Shown one piece after another: positions 19,372 to 28,993 of a DNA stretch of 64,000 nt (position 1 is the stretch's first letter; the number at the start of each line of letters is the position of its first letter). The position numbers and the translations under genes are program-made. The DNA lies in the NCBI GenBank assembly GCA_963822445.1, contig CAWGHO010000001.1:1248001-1312000 (forward strand), written 5' to 3'. The DNA is from an uncultured Acidobacteriota bacterium (GTDB lineage Bacteria > Acidobacteriota > Thermoanaerobaculia > Gp7-AA8). Under the pieces are notes generated by a model. It saw nothing but the letters and a program-made list of their open reading frames with translations, was not told the DNA's origin and did no database searches.

Positions 19372-20088
19372 TTATTGCGCGACGATCTGCAGATTGCGGC
19401 CGCCGCCTTTTCCATCGCGGCGGAATGAGTGGAAGAGCGAGCCATCGCAACGCGTGCAGAGGCCGGAGTCGGAGATCCGTTCATCGGCGAAGCCGCGGTC
19501 GCGAAGGATGTCGGTGGTGAAGGCGATGAGATCGACATGCGCTTTGGCGCGGGAGCGGTCGACGTAATGCGTCTCGAACTGCTCCGCAACCTCGTCGCCG
19601 ACTTCGAAGCAGCAGGCCCGGATCGAGGGGCCGAGGTAGGCGTGTGCCGAAGCTGTGTCGAACGCGGTCGACGACGTCACGGCGTCGATCGTTTCGGCGG
19701 TGATGCGCTGCACGGCACCGCGCCATCCGGAGTGTGCATTGGCAATGACCGCGTGGGTGGGATCGACCATCGTGACCGGGAGGCAATCTGCAACCTTAAT
19801 GCCGAGCGCTGTGTGAGTTACGTCACTCCAGAGCGCGTCGCAGGAGTCGCATTCGCGCCACTGATTCGAAGGGTCCGCGCGGGCGACGCGAGCGCCATGA
19901 ACCTGGACGCAGGTGGTGAGTGTCGATTCGACGCCGAACCTCTCCCGCGCCACGCCGGTGAGGTCGTTCGACAGCTCCGCGGTGATGCGGCCGAAGTAAT
20001 CGCGGGTCGTGCAGAAGACGGCGAAGCCGACCGGTACGAACGGCGGGACGGCGATGCGGCCGATGGAGGAAGGTTCGATGGTCCACAT
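19372..20088 (-). CDS. pgeF: Peptidoglycan editing factor / polyphenol oxidase-like (YfiH/PgeF)
   Basis: QVHG, ADCLPV, AHSGWRG, GPSIRACCFEVG, CTRC, FHSFRR. Confidence 0.9.
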   Translation of the reverse strand: MWTIEPSSIGRIAVPPFVPVGFAVFCTTRDYFGRITAELSNDLTGVARERFGVESTLTTCVQVHGARVARADPSNQWRECDSCDALWSDVTHTALGIKVADCLPVTMVDPTHAVIANAHSGWRGAVQRITAETIDAVTSSTAFDTASAHAYLGPSIRACCFEVGDEVAEQFETHYVDRSRAKAHVDLIAFTTDILRDRGFADERISDSGLCTRCDGSLFHSFRRDGKGGGRNLQIVAQ

Positions 20089-20093
20089 GGTTT

Positions 20094-20165
20094 TCAGAGT
20101 CTCAGAGTCTCAGAGTCTCAAAGATGGCGCCAACGAGCTCTCTGCGACTTTGAGACTCCGACTCC
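20094..20165. repeat. Octamer tandem repeat (TCAGAGTC)x3-4 with a degenerate inverted arm (GACTYYGA)
   Basis: tcagagtc tcagagtc tcagagtc tcaaaga ... gactttga gactccga ctcc between divergent genes. Confidence 0.8.
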
Positions 20166-20171
20166 TATACT
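20166..20171 (+). promoter_or_regulatory. Putative -10 box of a leaderless transcript
   Basis: TATACT 6 nt upstream of ATG 20178; no Shine-Dalgarno sequence. Confidence 0.5.
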
Positions 20172-20177
20172 CGCGCC

Positions 20178-21845
20178 ATGCGTAAGTGGTTACCGTTCAT
20201 GATCCTTTTCGCGGCCTGCGCAACAACCGCGCCCGAGTACGACGTCGTCATCCGCAACGGCATGATCTACGACGGGCGCGGCGGAGCGCCGTACCCGGGC
20301 GACGTCGCGTTGCGCGGCGATCGCATCGCCGCCGTGGGAACCGTCGCCGGCCACGGCAAGAGCGAGATCGACGCGCGAGGCATGGCCGTCGCGCCGGGCT
20401 TCATCAACATGCTCAGCTGGGCCACCGAATCGCTGATCGAAGACGGACGGGCCATGGCCGATGTGAAGCAGGGCGTCACGCTCGAAGTCATGGGCGAAGG
20501 GTGGTCGATGGGACCGCTCAACGACGTCATGAAAGCGGACGTGAAGAAGTACCAGGGGGACATCAAGTTCGACGTGGCCTGGACGACGCTTCGCGAGTAT
20601 CTCGACTGGCTCGTCTCGCGCGGCATCTCCGTCAACGTCGCTTCCTTCGTTGGAGCCACCACCGTCCGCATGCACGTCCTCGGCGAAGTCGATCGCGCGC
20701 CGAATGCCGAAGAGCTCGAGCAGATGCGCGCTCTGGTCCGCCGTGCCATGGAAGACGGCGCGCTCGGCGTCGGATCGTCATTGATCTACGCGCCGGCCTT
20801 TTACGCGAAGACCGACGAGCTGATCGAATTGAACAAAGCCGCGGCACCGTACGGCGGCATGTACATCTCCCACATGCGCAGCGAGGCCAATCGCCTGCTC
20901 GAAGCGGTCGATGAACTGATCACCATCGCCCGCGAGGCCGGCGTCCCCGCGGAGATCTACCACCTCAAAGCGGCCGGCCGTGACAACTGGCCGAAGATCG
21001 ATCAGGTCATTGCCAAAGTCGAAGCGGCGCGCGCGCAGGGTCTGCGCATCACCGCGGACATGTACACCTACCCCGCCGGCGCGACCGGCCTCGATGCCGC
21101 GATGCCCCCGTGGGTGCAGGAAGGCGGTTACGAACAGTGGCGCAAGCGGCTGATGGATCCGGCGACGCGCGCGAAGGTGCTCGAGGAGATGCGCACGCCC
21201 ACGGACAAATGGGAGAACCTGATGCTGCTGGCCGGCTCTCCCGATCGCGTGCTGCTGATCGGATTCAAGAACGAGAAGCTGAAGCCGTTGACGGGCAAGA
21301 CGCTGGCCGAGGTTGCGCGGATGCGGGGCGTGTCGGCGGAAGATGCGGCGATCGATCTCGTCATCGAGGACGAAAGCCGCGTCAGCACCGTCTACTTTCT
21401 GATGAGCGAGGACAACATCCGCAAGCAGATCAAACTGCCCTGGGTGAGCTTCGGCTCGGATGCCGGCGCGTCCGCACCGGAAGGCGTGTTCCTGAAAAGC
21501 AGCACCCATCCCCGCGAGTACGGCAACTTCGCCAACCTCCTCGGCCGCTATGTGCGCGACGAGAAAGTGATCCCGCTCGAAGAAGCGATCCGCAGATTGA
21601 CGACTCTCCCCGCGTCCAACCTCGGCATCGCCGAACGCGGATCGCTCACCGCGGGCAACTTCGGCGACGTGGTGGTCTTCGATCCAAAGACCGTGTCCGC
21701 GCCGGCGACCTTCGAAAAGCCGATGCAATACGCGACGGGCATGCAGCACGTGTTCGTGAACGGCGAACAGATTCTCAAAAACGGCGAGCACACCGGTGCG
21801 AAGCCGGGACGGGTGGTGGTCCGTGCGCGACCTGGTGCTCGCTGA
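20178..21845 (+). CDS. N-acyl-D-amino-acid deacylase (D-aminoacylase), probable lipoprotein
   Basis: Lipobox-like FAAC; YDVVIRNGMIYDG, APGFINMLS, QGVT, SHMRSE, YHLKAAG, GSD, HPR. Confidence 0.88.
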   Translation: MRKWLPFMILFAACATTAPEYDVVIRNGMIYDGRGGAPYPGDVALRGDRIAAVGTVAGHGKSEIDARGMAVAPGFINMLSWATESLIEDGRAMADVKQGVTLEVMGEGWSMGPLNDVMKADVKKYQGDIKFDVAWTTLREYLDWLVSRGISVNVASFVGATTVRMHVLGEVDRAPNAEELEQMRALVRRAMEDGALGVGSSLIYAPAFYAKTDELIELNKAAAPYGGMYISHMRSEANRLLEAVDELITIAREAGVPAEIYHLKAAGRDNWPKIDQVIAKVEAARAQGLRITADMYTYPAGATGLDAAMPPWVQEGGYEQWRKRLMDPATRAKVLEEMRTPTDKWENLMLLAGSPDRVLLIGFKNEKLKPLTGKTLAEVARMRGVSAEDAAIDLVIEDESRVSTVYFLMSEDNIRKQIKLPWVSFGSDAGASAPEGVFLKSSTHPREYGNFANLLGRYVRDEKVIPLEEAIRRLTTLPASNLGIAERGSLTAGNFGDVVVFDPKTVSAPATFEKPMQYATGMQHVFVNGEQILKNGEHTGAKPGRVVVRARPGAR

Positions 21846-22233
21846 CGGGACGGTGATCCCGGAGTCGCTGCTGCGCACGACCACCTCGCGCAGCGGCGGG
21901 CCGGGCGGCCAGCACGTGAACAAGGTCGAGACGCGCGTGACGATCGAAGTCAGCGTGGACGCGCTGCCGCTGCCCGAGGAAAAGCGCGCGAAGATCAAGG
22001 AGCGCCTGGCGGGCCGCATCAACAAAGAAGGCGACCTCCGCGTGACGACGCAGGCCACCCGCAGCCAGATCGAGAATCGCGACCGCGCCCTCCTGCGCCT
22101 CGAAGAGCTGCTCAACGGCGCGATGGTCGAGCAGAAGAAGAGGAAGAAGACGCGGGTGACGCGCGCCGCAAAAGAGAAACGCCTCGAAGAAAAGAAAAAG
22201 CGCTCGGAGACGAAGCGTTTGCGGAGAGTCTAG
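21823..22233 (+). CDS. arfB: Alternative ribosome-rescue peptidyl-tRNA hydrolase
   Basis: SRSGGPGGQHVNKVET, RSQIENR, basic C-terminal tail; probable GTG start at 21823. Confidence 0.92.
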   Translation: MRDLVLADGTVIPESLLRTTTSRSGGPGGQHVNKVETRVTIEVSVDALPLPEEKRAKIKERLAGRINKEGDLRVTTQATRSQIENRDRALLRLEELLNGAMVEQKKRKKTRVTRAAKEKRLEEKKKRSETKRLRRV

Positions 22234-23612
22234 AACTCGATCGTGCCGTCGTCGTTGACGGTGAACGAGTACGCCTCCTTCGACTTGTCCTGGCCGCTGT
22301 GCGTCGCCACGAGGACGCGCTTCCCATCGGTCCGCACGTGCACGATCCCGAATGACGACTTGTCGAAGGCGTTGCGCAGCTCGCGCTCCTTCTTTTTCGG
22401 CAGGCGCTGGAACGCGTCCTTCAGCGGCGCAAAGTACGCCACCATCTCCGTCACGTACACGAGCGGCCGCTCCACACCCTCACGCGAGTACTTGCCGAGC
22501 GCACCGACCAGACCGGCCCGAGGATGAATGTGATCGCTGCCGGCCAGCGATTGATCGCCCGACGACACGATGCTCACCACGGGCGCGGCCTTCCTGAGCA
22601 TGTCCGGAACGAACTCGTGACTGCCGTGATGGGGCACCTTCAGCACTTCCGATTCGATGGAAATGCCGTTCTTTTCGATGTAATCGAGCAGCCGCTGTTC
22701 CGACTCGATGTTCAGGTCCGCGCCGAGAAGGATGCGGACATTGCCGATGGTCAGCTTCAGGACGATGGAGTGGCCATTGATCGTGTGACCGACGGAGAAC
22801 TTGTTGTGCGGATCCTTGAGGAGCGGAAGGGCCGGTTTCTTGCCGACCTTGCCCGAGATCGGGCCGAGGACCTGGGTCTGAACGCCGAGGAAATCGAATG
22901 CCTTGTCGTCGCCAACCTCGATCCGGCGGATCTCGAGGTTGGGCTCGCGCTTCTTCAACTTCTTGAGCGCCTTCTTCCAGGCAACAAATGTCGCGTTGAG
23001 TTTCTTGTCCGGAACGTCGGTGATGTCGTCGACCAGTGACGTGACCCAGCGGCGGTCCTCCGGTCCCGGCTCGGTCTTCCCGAACACGACCTTCGGATCA
23101 TCCCCGCTGGCCTTGGCCAGTCCGTTGTGAAAGACCCGCTTCGTCGTGACCAGTGGCTGCCCCGACACTTCCTTCTCGAGCAGTTGCACCAGACCGCTGT
23201 AATGGTCGGCATCGCCGTGGCTCACGATGATCGCGTCCAGCGGGATCGGACCATCGACGAGGCGATGCGCGAACGCGCGATGGAGATAGCGGCGGAACGA
23301 AGCCTCGTGACCGCCGTCGATCACGGTCAGGCGATCGTCGGGCGTCTCGATGACGGCGCCGTCACCCTGCCCTACGTCGACGATGCGCACCTTGAACACG
23401 CCCTCTTCGCGGAAGCTCGGCACTTCCTTCGTGTGGACCTTCTTCGTGACGAGTTTGTAGTCGCCCTTCTTCGCGTCCCACTCGGTGGTGATCAGGCGGA
23501 AGTTCTTCCCTTTGACCTGCTCGATGCGGTCGCCCCAGAAAAGCGTGGCGGCGAGCTTCTCGTCTTCGTCGAAAAACTTGACCAGGTCGTCGTCGAGAAT
23601 GCGGATAGGCAT
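22230..23612 (-). CDS. ComEC/Rec2-type metallo-beta-lactamase-fold hydrolase (soluble)
   Basis: DVGQGDG, IDGG, SHGDADHYSG, NGHSIVL, KVPHHGS, HPR. Confidence 0.85.
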   Translation of the reverse strand: MPIRILDDDLVKFFDEDEKLAATLFWGDRIEQVKGKNFRLITTEWDAKKGDYKLVTKKVHTKEVPSFREEGVFKVRIVDVGQGDGAVIETPDDRLTVIDGGHEASFRRYLHRAFAHRLVDGPIPLDAIIVSHGDADHYSGLVQLLEKEVSGQPLVTTKRVFHNGLAKASGDDPKVVFGKTEPGPEDRRWVTSLVDDITDVPDKKLNATFVAWKKALKKLKKREPNLEIRRIEVGDDKAFDFLGVQTQVLGPISGKVGKKPALPLLKDPHNKFSVGHTINGHSIVLKLTIGNVRILLGADLNIESEQRLLDYIEKNGISIESEVLKVPHHGSHEFVPDMLRKAAPVVSIVSSGDQSLAGSDHIHPRAGLVGALGKYSREGVERPLVYVTEMVAYFAPLKDAFQRLPKKKERELRNAFDKSSFGIVHVRTDGKRVLVATHSGQDKSKEAYSFTVNDDGTIEF

Positions 23613-23675
23613 GGTTGTCCCTCTCTGATGATGGGAGTGACGCGCCGGAAAGTTTCCCTACCTCGCGCCGGCGAT

Positions 23676-24479
23676 CTAGACCGCGCGGACTTCCGCGATC
23701 CGCGTCCGCAACTTCTCGGTGATCGCACCGCCGCGCAGCAGGGACGCGGTCTTCTCGAACTCGTTGACCATCGCTTCGACCGCGTGCGGGCCGTCGCCGT
23801 TCATGATGCCGTCCAGCGCATGCAGGAAGTGTTTCTCGATGGTCTTGTGCGCGGAGGCGCCGATGAACTCTTCGGCTACCTGGCGAATGCGTGCGGCGAG
23901 GTCGACGAGCTGTCCGTTTTCCTCGTCGGCGCTTCGATCAAATTTTTTTTTTAACTGAACGAGCTCGCCGGTGATCATCCCGTACAGGATTTTGGCGACG
24001 TCGAAGGACGACATGTTCAGCGCGCGGCCGATGTCGGCGATGGAGCGGTGGCCGTCGATCTTCGTGATCAGCATCCACTCCTGCGGGTTGAGCGTGACCT
24101 GCTCGTGGCGGTTGTCGCGGGCCAGGAGCTCGGGGACCAGCTCGACCGAGGCGATCTTCTTCGAGAGCACGCGCCACTCGTCGAGACGGCGCGCGGCTTC
24201 CATCAACAGGTTCGTATTCGACTTGGTGATGGTCTGCCGGTCGGGCTCCTCGGCGGGGTTGAACTGAAACTCGCCCTGATTCCAGATGGCCAGCGAGTAG
24301 ATGGCTTCCTCACCTACCAGATCGCTGACGGTCGCGTGCACCATCTGTCCGTTTTTCAGGTAGATGAAGCCGCGATCGCCTTCCCTGGTGAGGGTGAACT
24401 TTCCGGTCTTACCCGACACACTGACGAGTTGAATGATGTCAGGAAGCGGAAGTTCCTTGAGAGATCCCTGGAATGCCAT
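23676..24479 (-). CDS. DUF4388 (PatA N-terminal-like) domain protein
   Basis: MAFQGSLKELPLPDIIQL...KTG...G.IY...G..VHA...GEEA...W.GEF.F...LLMEAARRLDEW followed by a wHTH-like region. Confidence 0.85.
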   Translation of the reverse strand: MAFQGSLKELPLPDIIQLVSVSGKTGKFTLTREGDRGFIYLKNGQMVHATVSDLVGEEAIYSLAIWNQGEFQFNPAEEPDRQTITKSNTNLLMEAARRLDEWRVLSKKIASVELVPELLARDNRHEQVTLNPQEWMLITKIDGHRSIADIGRALNMSSFDVAKILYGMITGELVQLKKKFDRSADEENGQLVDLAARIRQVAEEFIGASAHKTIEKHFLHALDGIMNGDGPHAVEAMVNEFEKTASLLRGGAITEKLRTRIAEVRAV

Positions 24480-24491
24480 GTGAGCGCTTGG

Positions 24492-24520
24492 AGCGTAACC
24501 GGTTGCATGTGAGAGGTCAA
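24492..24520 (-). promoter_or_regulatory. Putative sigma70 promoter of the DUF4388 gene
   Basis: TTGACC-17 bp-TACGCT on the minus strand. Confidence 0.5.
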
Positions 24521-24975
24521 GAAGCTGTGAACACCGCATCATCACGGCGTTCGACCGCGCTCAAAATCCACAAACCAAAGGCGATACCGGCGACGAGACC
24601 GGTGGCGATGCGCAGCTCGTTCGTGCTTTCGCGAAAGCCTGTTAGCTGCGTAAGTCCGTCAATCGCCAGCGGCGTGACCGCGACGAACGCCACGATGCGC
24701 ATCGTCTTCTCGGAGACGAACCGGAACATCCAGAAGATCGCGAGCCCGATCAGCAGTCCGGCGTAGATCGCCGTGCACCTCGCGCAGATCGGCATCGGCA
24801 CTCCGAAAAGCTCCAGCGATCGCTCGACCCGCCCGTGACAGATTAGGCGGAAGAGATAGCGCCACTTCATCGACGCGCCGGACGCGATCGCCCACGAGCA
24901 GATCGTCGATGCGGCCAGGATCAGCGCCGGAATCGCGCCGGTGAACGCGAAGACGATCCTTGTGTCGCGTTTCAC
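24517..24975 (-). CDS. DUF2085 membrane protein
   Basis: LICHGRVERS...MPICARCTAIYAG...IDGLTQ...STNELRIATG; probable GTG start at 24975. Confidence 0.85.
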   Translation of the reverse strand: MKRDTRIVFAFTGAIPALILAASTICSWAIASGASMKWRYLFRLICHGRVERSLELFGVPMPICARCTAIYAGLLIGLAIFWMFRFVSEKTMRIVAFVAVTPLAIDGLTQLTGFRESTNELRIATGLVAGIAFGLWILSAVERRDDAVFTAS

Positions 24976-24985
24976 GCTGTCATGG

Positions 24986-25738
24986 TCACTTCGGCTTCGT
25001 CGCGATCCGGTACACCTGCGCGAAGCCATGTGTCGTCGACCAGCAATCCCCAGAACGCGGTGAAGACCACGCCGATGCAGAACAGGAAGATGCCGAAGCC
25101 GCCGATGAACCGCGCGATCAGGTACACGACTACCGCGAGCAGGTAGTTGCCGATGTTCGCTTTGATGAACGGCCAGATCCGTCCGAACTCGAACGCCGCG
25201 CCGAAGCGTCGCTCCACCACCGCGAACAGCAGCGACGCCGGCAGGAAGATCATCACGAACAGCGACAGCGGCACGATCAGGCACCACACGCAGCCGGCCA
25301 TCCCGCCGCTCAGCGCTTCCGCGACTTCGTTCCCTTCCGCCACGGCGCCGACGAAGACCGCCGGCATGATGAAGGTCAACACCAGGGCGATCATCGGGAT
25401 GATGTAGATGATCACGACGCCGATGATCCGCGCGCCCTCAGTGAACAGACTCGCCGAGGTCGTCCCACTCCGGAAGCGGGTACTGCTTGTCGAGCGATGA
25501 CGTTGCGCGCAAGCGCGGCCATGTAGCCGAGGATGAAGAACCAGCCCACGATGAAGAAGCCGGCCAGATAGAAGAGTCCGCCGAGGAGGATCTTCTGCAT
25601 CCAGCGCGGATCGTCGAACACGAACGTGAACGGCTTCCCGAAGTCGAACTGGTTCGGATTCGGCGGCGCCGGAGGAGGCAATGATGCGGTCCCGCTCGGC
25701 GGCGGGGGTGGCGGCGGAACGAACGTCATATCCGACAT
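24986..25738 (-). CDS. DUF4013 membrane protein, broken by about 3 frameshifts (probably sequencing errors)
   Basis: Fragments in successive frames: FDFGKPFTFVFDDPRWMQKILLGG...GY / LPEWDDLGE / FTEGARIIGV...AAFEF...FTAFW / HGFAQVYR...*. Confidence 0.75.
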
Positions 25739-25823
25739 GGTCTCTGTAGGTACGGCCGGAGTTTACTTCTGTTGCATCCGGAACTTGGAACAAAGATCCC
25801 GCGTCCAACCTTGTACCCGAAGC

Positions 25824-26780
25824 GTGCACGAACCCATTGATCTTGTCGTCACGGAAGAGAGCCAGCGTGCGAGCGGAATCAGTTTCGCCGTGCTGGTCTC
25901 CTTCGTTCTGCACGCCAGCCTGATCGCCTGGTTCATGCTCAAGTACCAGCCTGTCCAGCGGGCGGCGCCGGCCGGTCCGATGACCCGCTACGTCGAGCTG
26001 ATGAAGCAGAACCCGACGCAGTTCACCGAGGCGCCGGGGAAGAAGGTCGAAGAGCGGCCGATCAACGCGCCGCTCTCCGATGCGAACCGCAAAGCGGCGA
26101 TGCCCGAGCCGACCGGCGATCGTCCCACCCTTCGGCCGAGCGATCGCGAAGGCATCTATCAGCCGACGCCGAATCCGGCGCCGCGCGGTCCGCAACCCTC
26201 GCAGCAGGCGCCGCAGATCGCATCCCAACAACCGCAGCCACAGCCGCCTTCGACGGCGGCAACCCAGCAACCGCAAATCGACTCCGATCGCATGGTCTAT
26301 CGCGAGCCGGCCAAGGCGTCGGTCGCCGCGGCCACGATCGACTGGAATACCGCCATCCGCGAGGTCGGCAAAGTCGCCTCCCTCGGCGGCGGCGACGGCA
26401 TCAACCTCGGCCAGCTCGGCGCCGGCGAGAAAGGCACCGCCGAACAGGGCGCTCTTTCCTTCGAGACCGCCTGGTACGACTGGGGCGAGTACGCGCAGTC
26501 GATGGTCAGCCGCATCCGTGTGAACTGGTACGCGAACATGCCACAGATCATCCGCACCGGATTGCAGGGCGTGGTCACCATCCGCTTCACCATCCAGCGC
26601 GACGGGCGGATCACCGACGTCACCATTCTCAACAGCTCCACCGTCCCGCCGTACGATTTCGCCGCCCGCAAGGCCATCGAGCTTTCCTCCCCGCTCAATC
26701 CCCTGCCGAAGGATTTCCCCAATCCGAATGAGCGCGTAACGGCAATGTTTTATTACAACCGCGACCTGCCGAACCGCTAA
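25824..26780 (+). CDS. TonB/TolA-like energy transducer (TM, Pro/Gln-rich linker, TonB-C domain)
   Basis: SFVLHA TM motif; YAQSMVSRIRVNW...VTIRFTIQRDG...SS..PYDFAARKAI...PLP; probable GTG start at 25824. Confidence 0.8.
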   Translation: MHEPIDLVVTEESQRASGISFAVLVSFVLHASLIAWFMLKYQPVQRAAPAGPMTRYVELMKQNPTQFTEAPGKKVEERPINAPLSDANRKAAMPEPTGDRPTLRPSDREGIYQPTPNPAPRGPQPSQQAPQIASQQPQPQPPSTAATQQPQIDSDRMVYREPAKASVAAATIDWNTAIREVGKVASLGGGDGINLGQLGAGEKGTAEQGALSFETAWYDWGEYAQSMVSRIRVNWYANMPQIIRTGLQGVVTIRFTIQRDGRITDVTILNSSTVPPYDFAARKAIELSSPLNPLPKDFPNPNERVTAMFYYNRDLPNR

Positions 26781-26812
26781 GATCTCCTGGTCCAGAATCG
26801 ACAGGAGGCCCC

Positions 26813-28501
26813 ATGAAGCGGTCTGCGCTTCTTCTCGTCTTATTTGCAGTGCCGGCGCTAGCTGACTTCACGCCCGCGAAATGGGCGGTCTCGAGCTCCC
26901 AGCCGCGGACCTTCGGCGAGCCGCCGCTTCGTGCCGGGAAAGCCGCCGCGTCCGTGGTCACGGCACTCGAGGCCACGAGTGACGAGGACATCGCCGCGCT
27001 GCGCGAATACAACGAGAGTGGTGCGTCACCGGCACGCGTCGGCGTGGTGAGGCCGCTCGCCGACGTGATCATGGCGAAGCGTGGGATCAGCGCGTCGTCC
27101 CTTGAACCGTCGGCTAACAACCCGTGGCGATGGCGCGCGCAGGTGCGGGTCGCGAATGCGCACAACCTCCGCCTCCAGCTCACGAATGTGAATGCGCCCG
27201 CCGGCACGACCTTCTGGGTCTACGGCACCAGCGGTCCCGCTCAAGGCTTCGACACGTCGCTCGCGCATGAGGGGACGCTGTGGACGCCGAGCGTCGACGG
27301 CGACACGATCGTCATCGAATTCGAAACGACATCGGACTTTGCGCCGTTCGCCATCGGCGCGGTCGCCGACATCCGTCCGTTCGCGGAAGTGATTCCGAGC
27401 GACAGCTCCTGCATCAAGGACGCGCAGTGCTACACCGGCCTCGGCGACCTCGGCACAGCCATCGCCCACATGCGCTACGTGAGCGGCAGCAGCGTGTTCA
27501 TCTGCACGGGCGGCCTGGTCAACGACATGTCCACTTCGGGCACGCCGTATTTCCTGACGGCGAACCATTGCATCGCGACGCAGGCGGAGGCGGCGTCGCT
27601 GGAGACGTACTGGGATTACAAGACCCCGGCCTGCGACGGCGCGATCCCGCCGAAAGGCGCGAAGAACAGCGGCGCGTCGCTGCTGGTCACGAATCCGGTC
27701 ACCGACGTCACGCTGCTGAAGCTGAATTCTGTCCCGGGCCGCCGGCTCTTCCTCGGCTGGACGACCGTCGCCCCCGAAACCGGCACGACGCTGTACCGGA
27801 TCTCGCATCCGGAAGGGCAGCCGCAGCGCTTCTCGACGGCCACAGTGACCGCGGGCGGGACCACCTGTACCGAATGGCCGCGGCCGAACTTCGTTTACTC
27901 GACGCATGTCATCGGCACCCCCGCGGGCGGCAGCTCGGGCTCACCGGTCTTCACGAATGAAGGGGTGATCGTCGGACAGCTCGCCGGCGCGTGCGGCATC
28001 GAGCCGGACAACCCCTGCAATCACGCGAACAAGACTGTCGACGGGGCGTTCTCGGCGTCGTACACGGTGCTCAAGCCGTTTCTCAATCCCGCCGTGACGA
28101 ACGGCTGCACGCCCTGCACGCCGAACGGGAAGACGGCCTGCATGATGGATGGCCGTTTCAAGGTGACCGTGACCTGGAAGGACCACTCGGCGAAGCTGCA
28201 GGGCGAGGGCAGCATCCTCGCCTTCAACGACAACCGCCCGGAGATGAACCCGCAGTACGGGACGATGTCCCAGACCACGTTCTTCTCGATGTACGACAGC
28301 GCGCCGAACTCGATCGAGCTCATGGTGCGCATGCTCCGCGGGCTGAACATCAATAACAAGTTCTGGGTCTTCATGACCGGCTTCTCGCCGAACGAATACG
28401 TCGTCACCGTGACGGATACGCAGACCTGCACGAACTGGACGCGATCGAATGCGAGCGGCAGCTTCTCGATCGTGGCGGATTACGACGCGTTTCCGTTCTA
28501 A
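26813..28501 (+). CDS. Secreted lysyl-endopeptidase-like trypsin-family serine protease with extra C-terminal domain
   Basis: Signal peptide; CTG, LTANHC (His), DVTLL (Asp), SHPEG, GSSGSP (Ser); SD GGAGG. Confidence 0.85.
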   Translation: MKRSALLLVLFAVPALADFTPAKWAVSSSQPRTFGEPPLRAGKAAASVVTALEATSDEDIAALREYNESGASPARVGVVRPLADVIMAKRGISASSLEPSANNPWRWRAQVRVANAHNLRLQLTNVNAPAGTTFWVYGTSGPAQGFDTSLAHEGTLWTPSVDGDTIVIEFETTSDFAPFAIGAVADIRPFAEVIPSDSSCIKDAQCYTGLGDLGTAIAHMRYVSGSSVFICTGGLVNDMSTSGTPYFLTANHCIATQAEAASLETYWDYKTPACDGAIPPKGAKNSGASLLVTNPVTDVTLLKLNSVPGRRLFLGWTTVAPETGTTLYRISHPEGQPQRFSTATVTAGGTTCTEWPRPNFVYSTHVIGTPAGGSSGSPVFTNEGVIVGQLAGACGIEPDNPCNHANKTVDGAFSASYTVLKPFLNPAVTNGCTPCTPNGKTACMMDGRFKVTVTWKDHSAKLQGEGSILAFNDNRPEMNPQYGTMSQTTFFSMYDSAPNSIELMVRMLRGLNINNKFWVFMTGFSPNEYVVTVTDTQTCTNWTRSNASGSFSIVADYDAFPF

Positions 28502-28510
28502 GGTAGCTCC

Positions 28511-28978
28511 GTGCCCCGCGACGTCGTCATCCGCAAGCCGTTGACCGTTCTGATGCTGGTGATCGCCACTCTGGCGATCATCGCCATCACCGTCTGGATG
28601 GCCGGCAAGAGCTACGAAAACCTCGATCCGATTCCGTTCGACGACGTCCGCTACATCGCCAGGCGACTCGCGGCGCGGCCGATCTCGACGCACATCCTGG
28701 CCGTGCTGATCGTGCCGATGATCGCCAACGTCATGCTCTTCGTGCCCTGGGGATTGCTGACGTTCATCAGCCTGTACAACGTCGAACGGCCGACGCTGCA
28801 GACGTACGTGCTGACCATCCTGCTCGGCTTCTCGTTCTCGCTGGGCATCGAGGCCTGGCAGTATTTTCTGCCGTCACGCGTGGCCGACATCAACGACGTC
28901 ATCTGGAACACGTTCGGCACGATCCTCGGCGCCTTCCTCGGCCACGCCCGCCTGCGCGTGAGGTTCGAGTTCGTCTAA
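28511..28978 (+). CDS. VanZ family membrane protein
   Basis: NVMLFVPWG, SLGIEAWQYFLPSRVADINDVIWNTFG. Confidence 0.88.
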   Translation: MPRDVVIRKPLTVLMLVIATLAIIAITVWMAGKSYENLDPIPFDDVRYIARRLAARPISTHILAVLIVPMIANVMLFVPWGLLTFISLYNVERPTLQTYVLTILLGFSFSLGIEAWQYFLPSRVADINDVIWNTFGTILGAFLGHARLRVRFEFV

Positions 28979-28993
28979 CATTCGCCCAATCCC

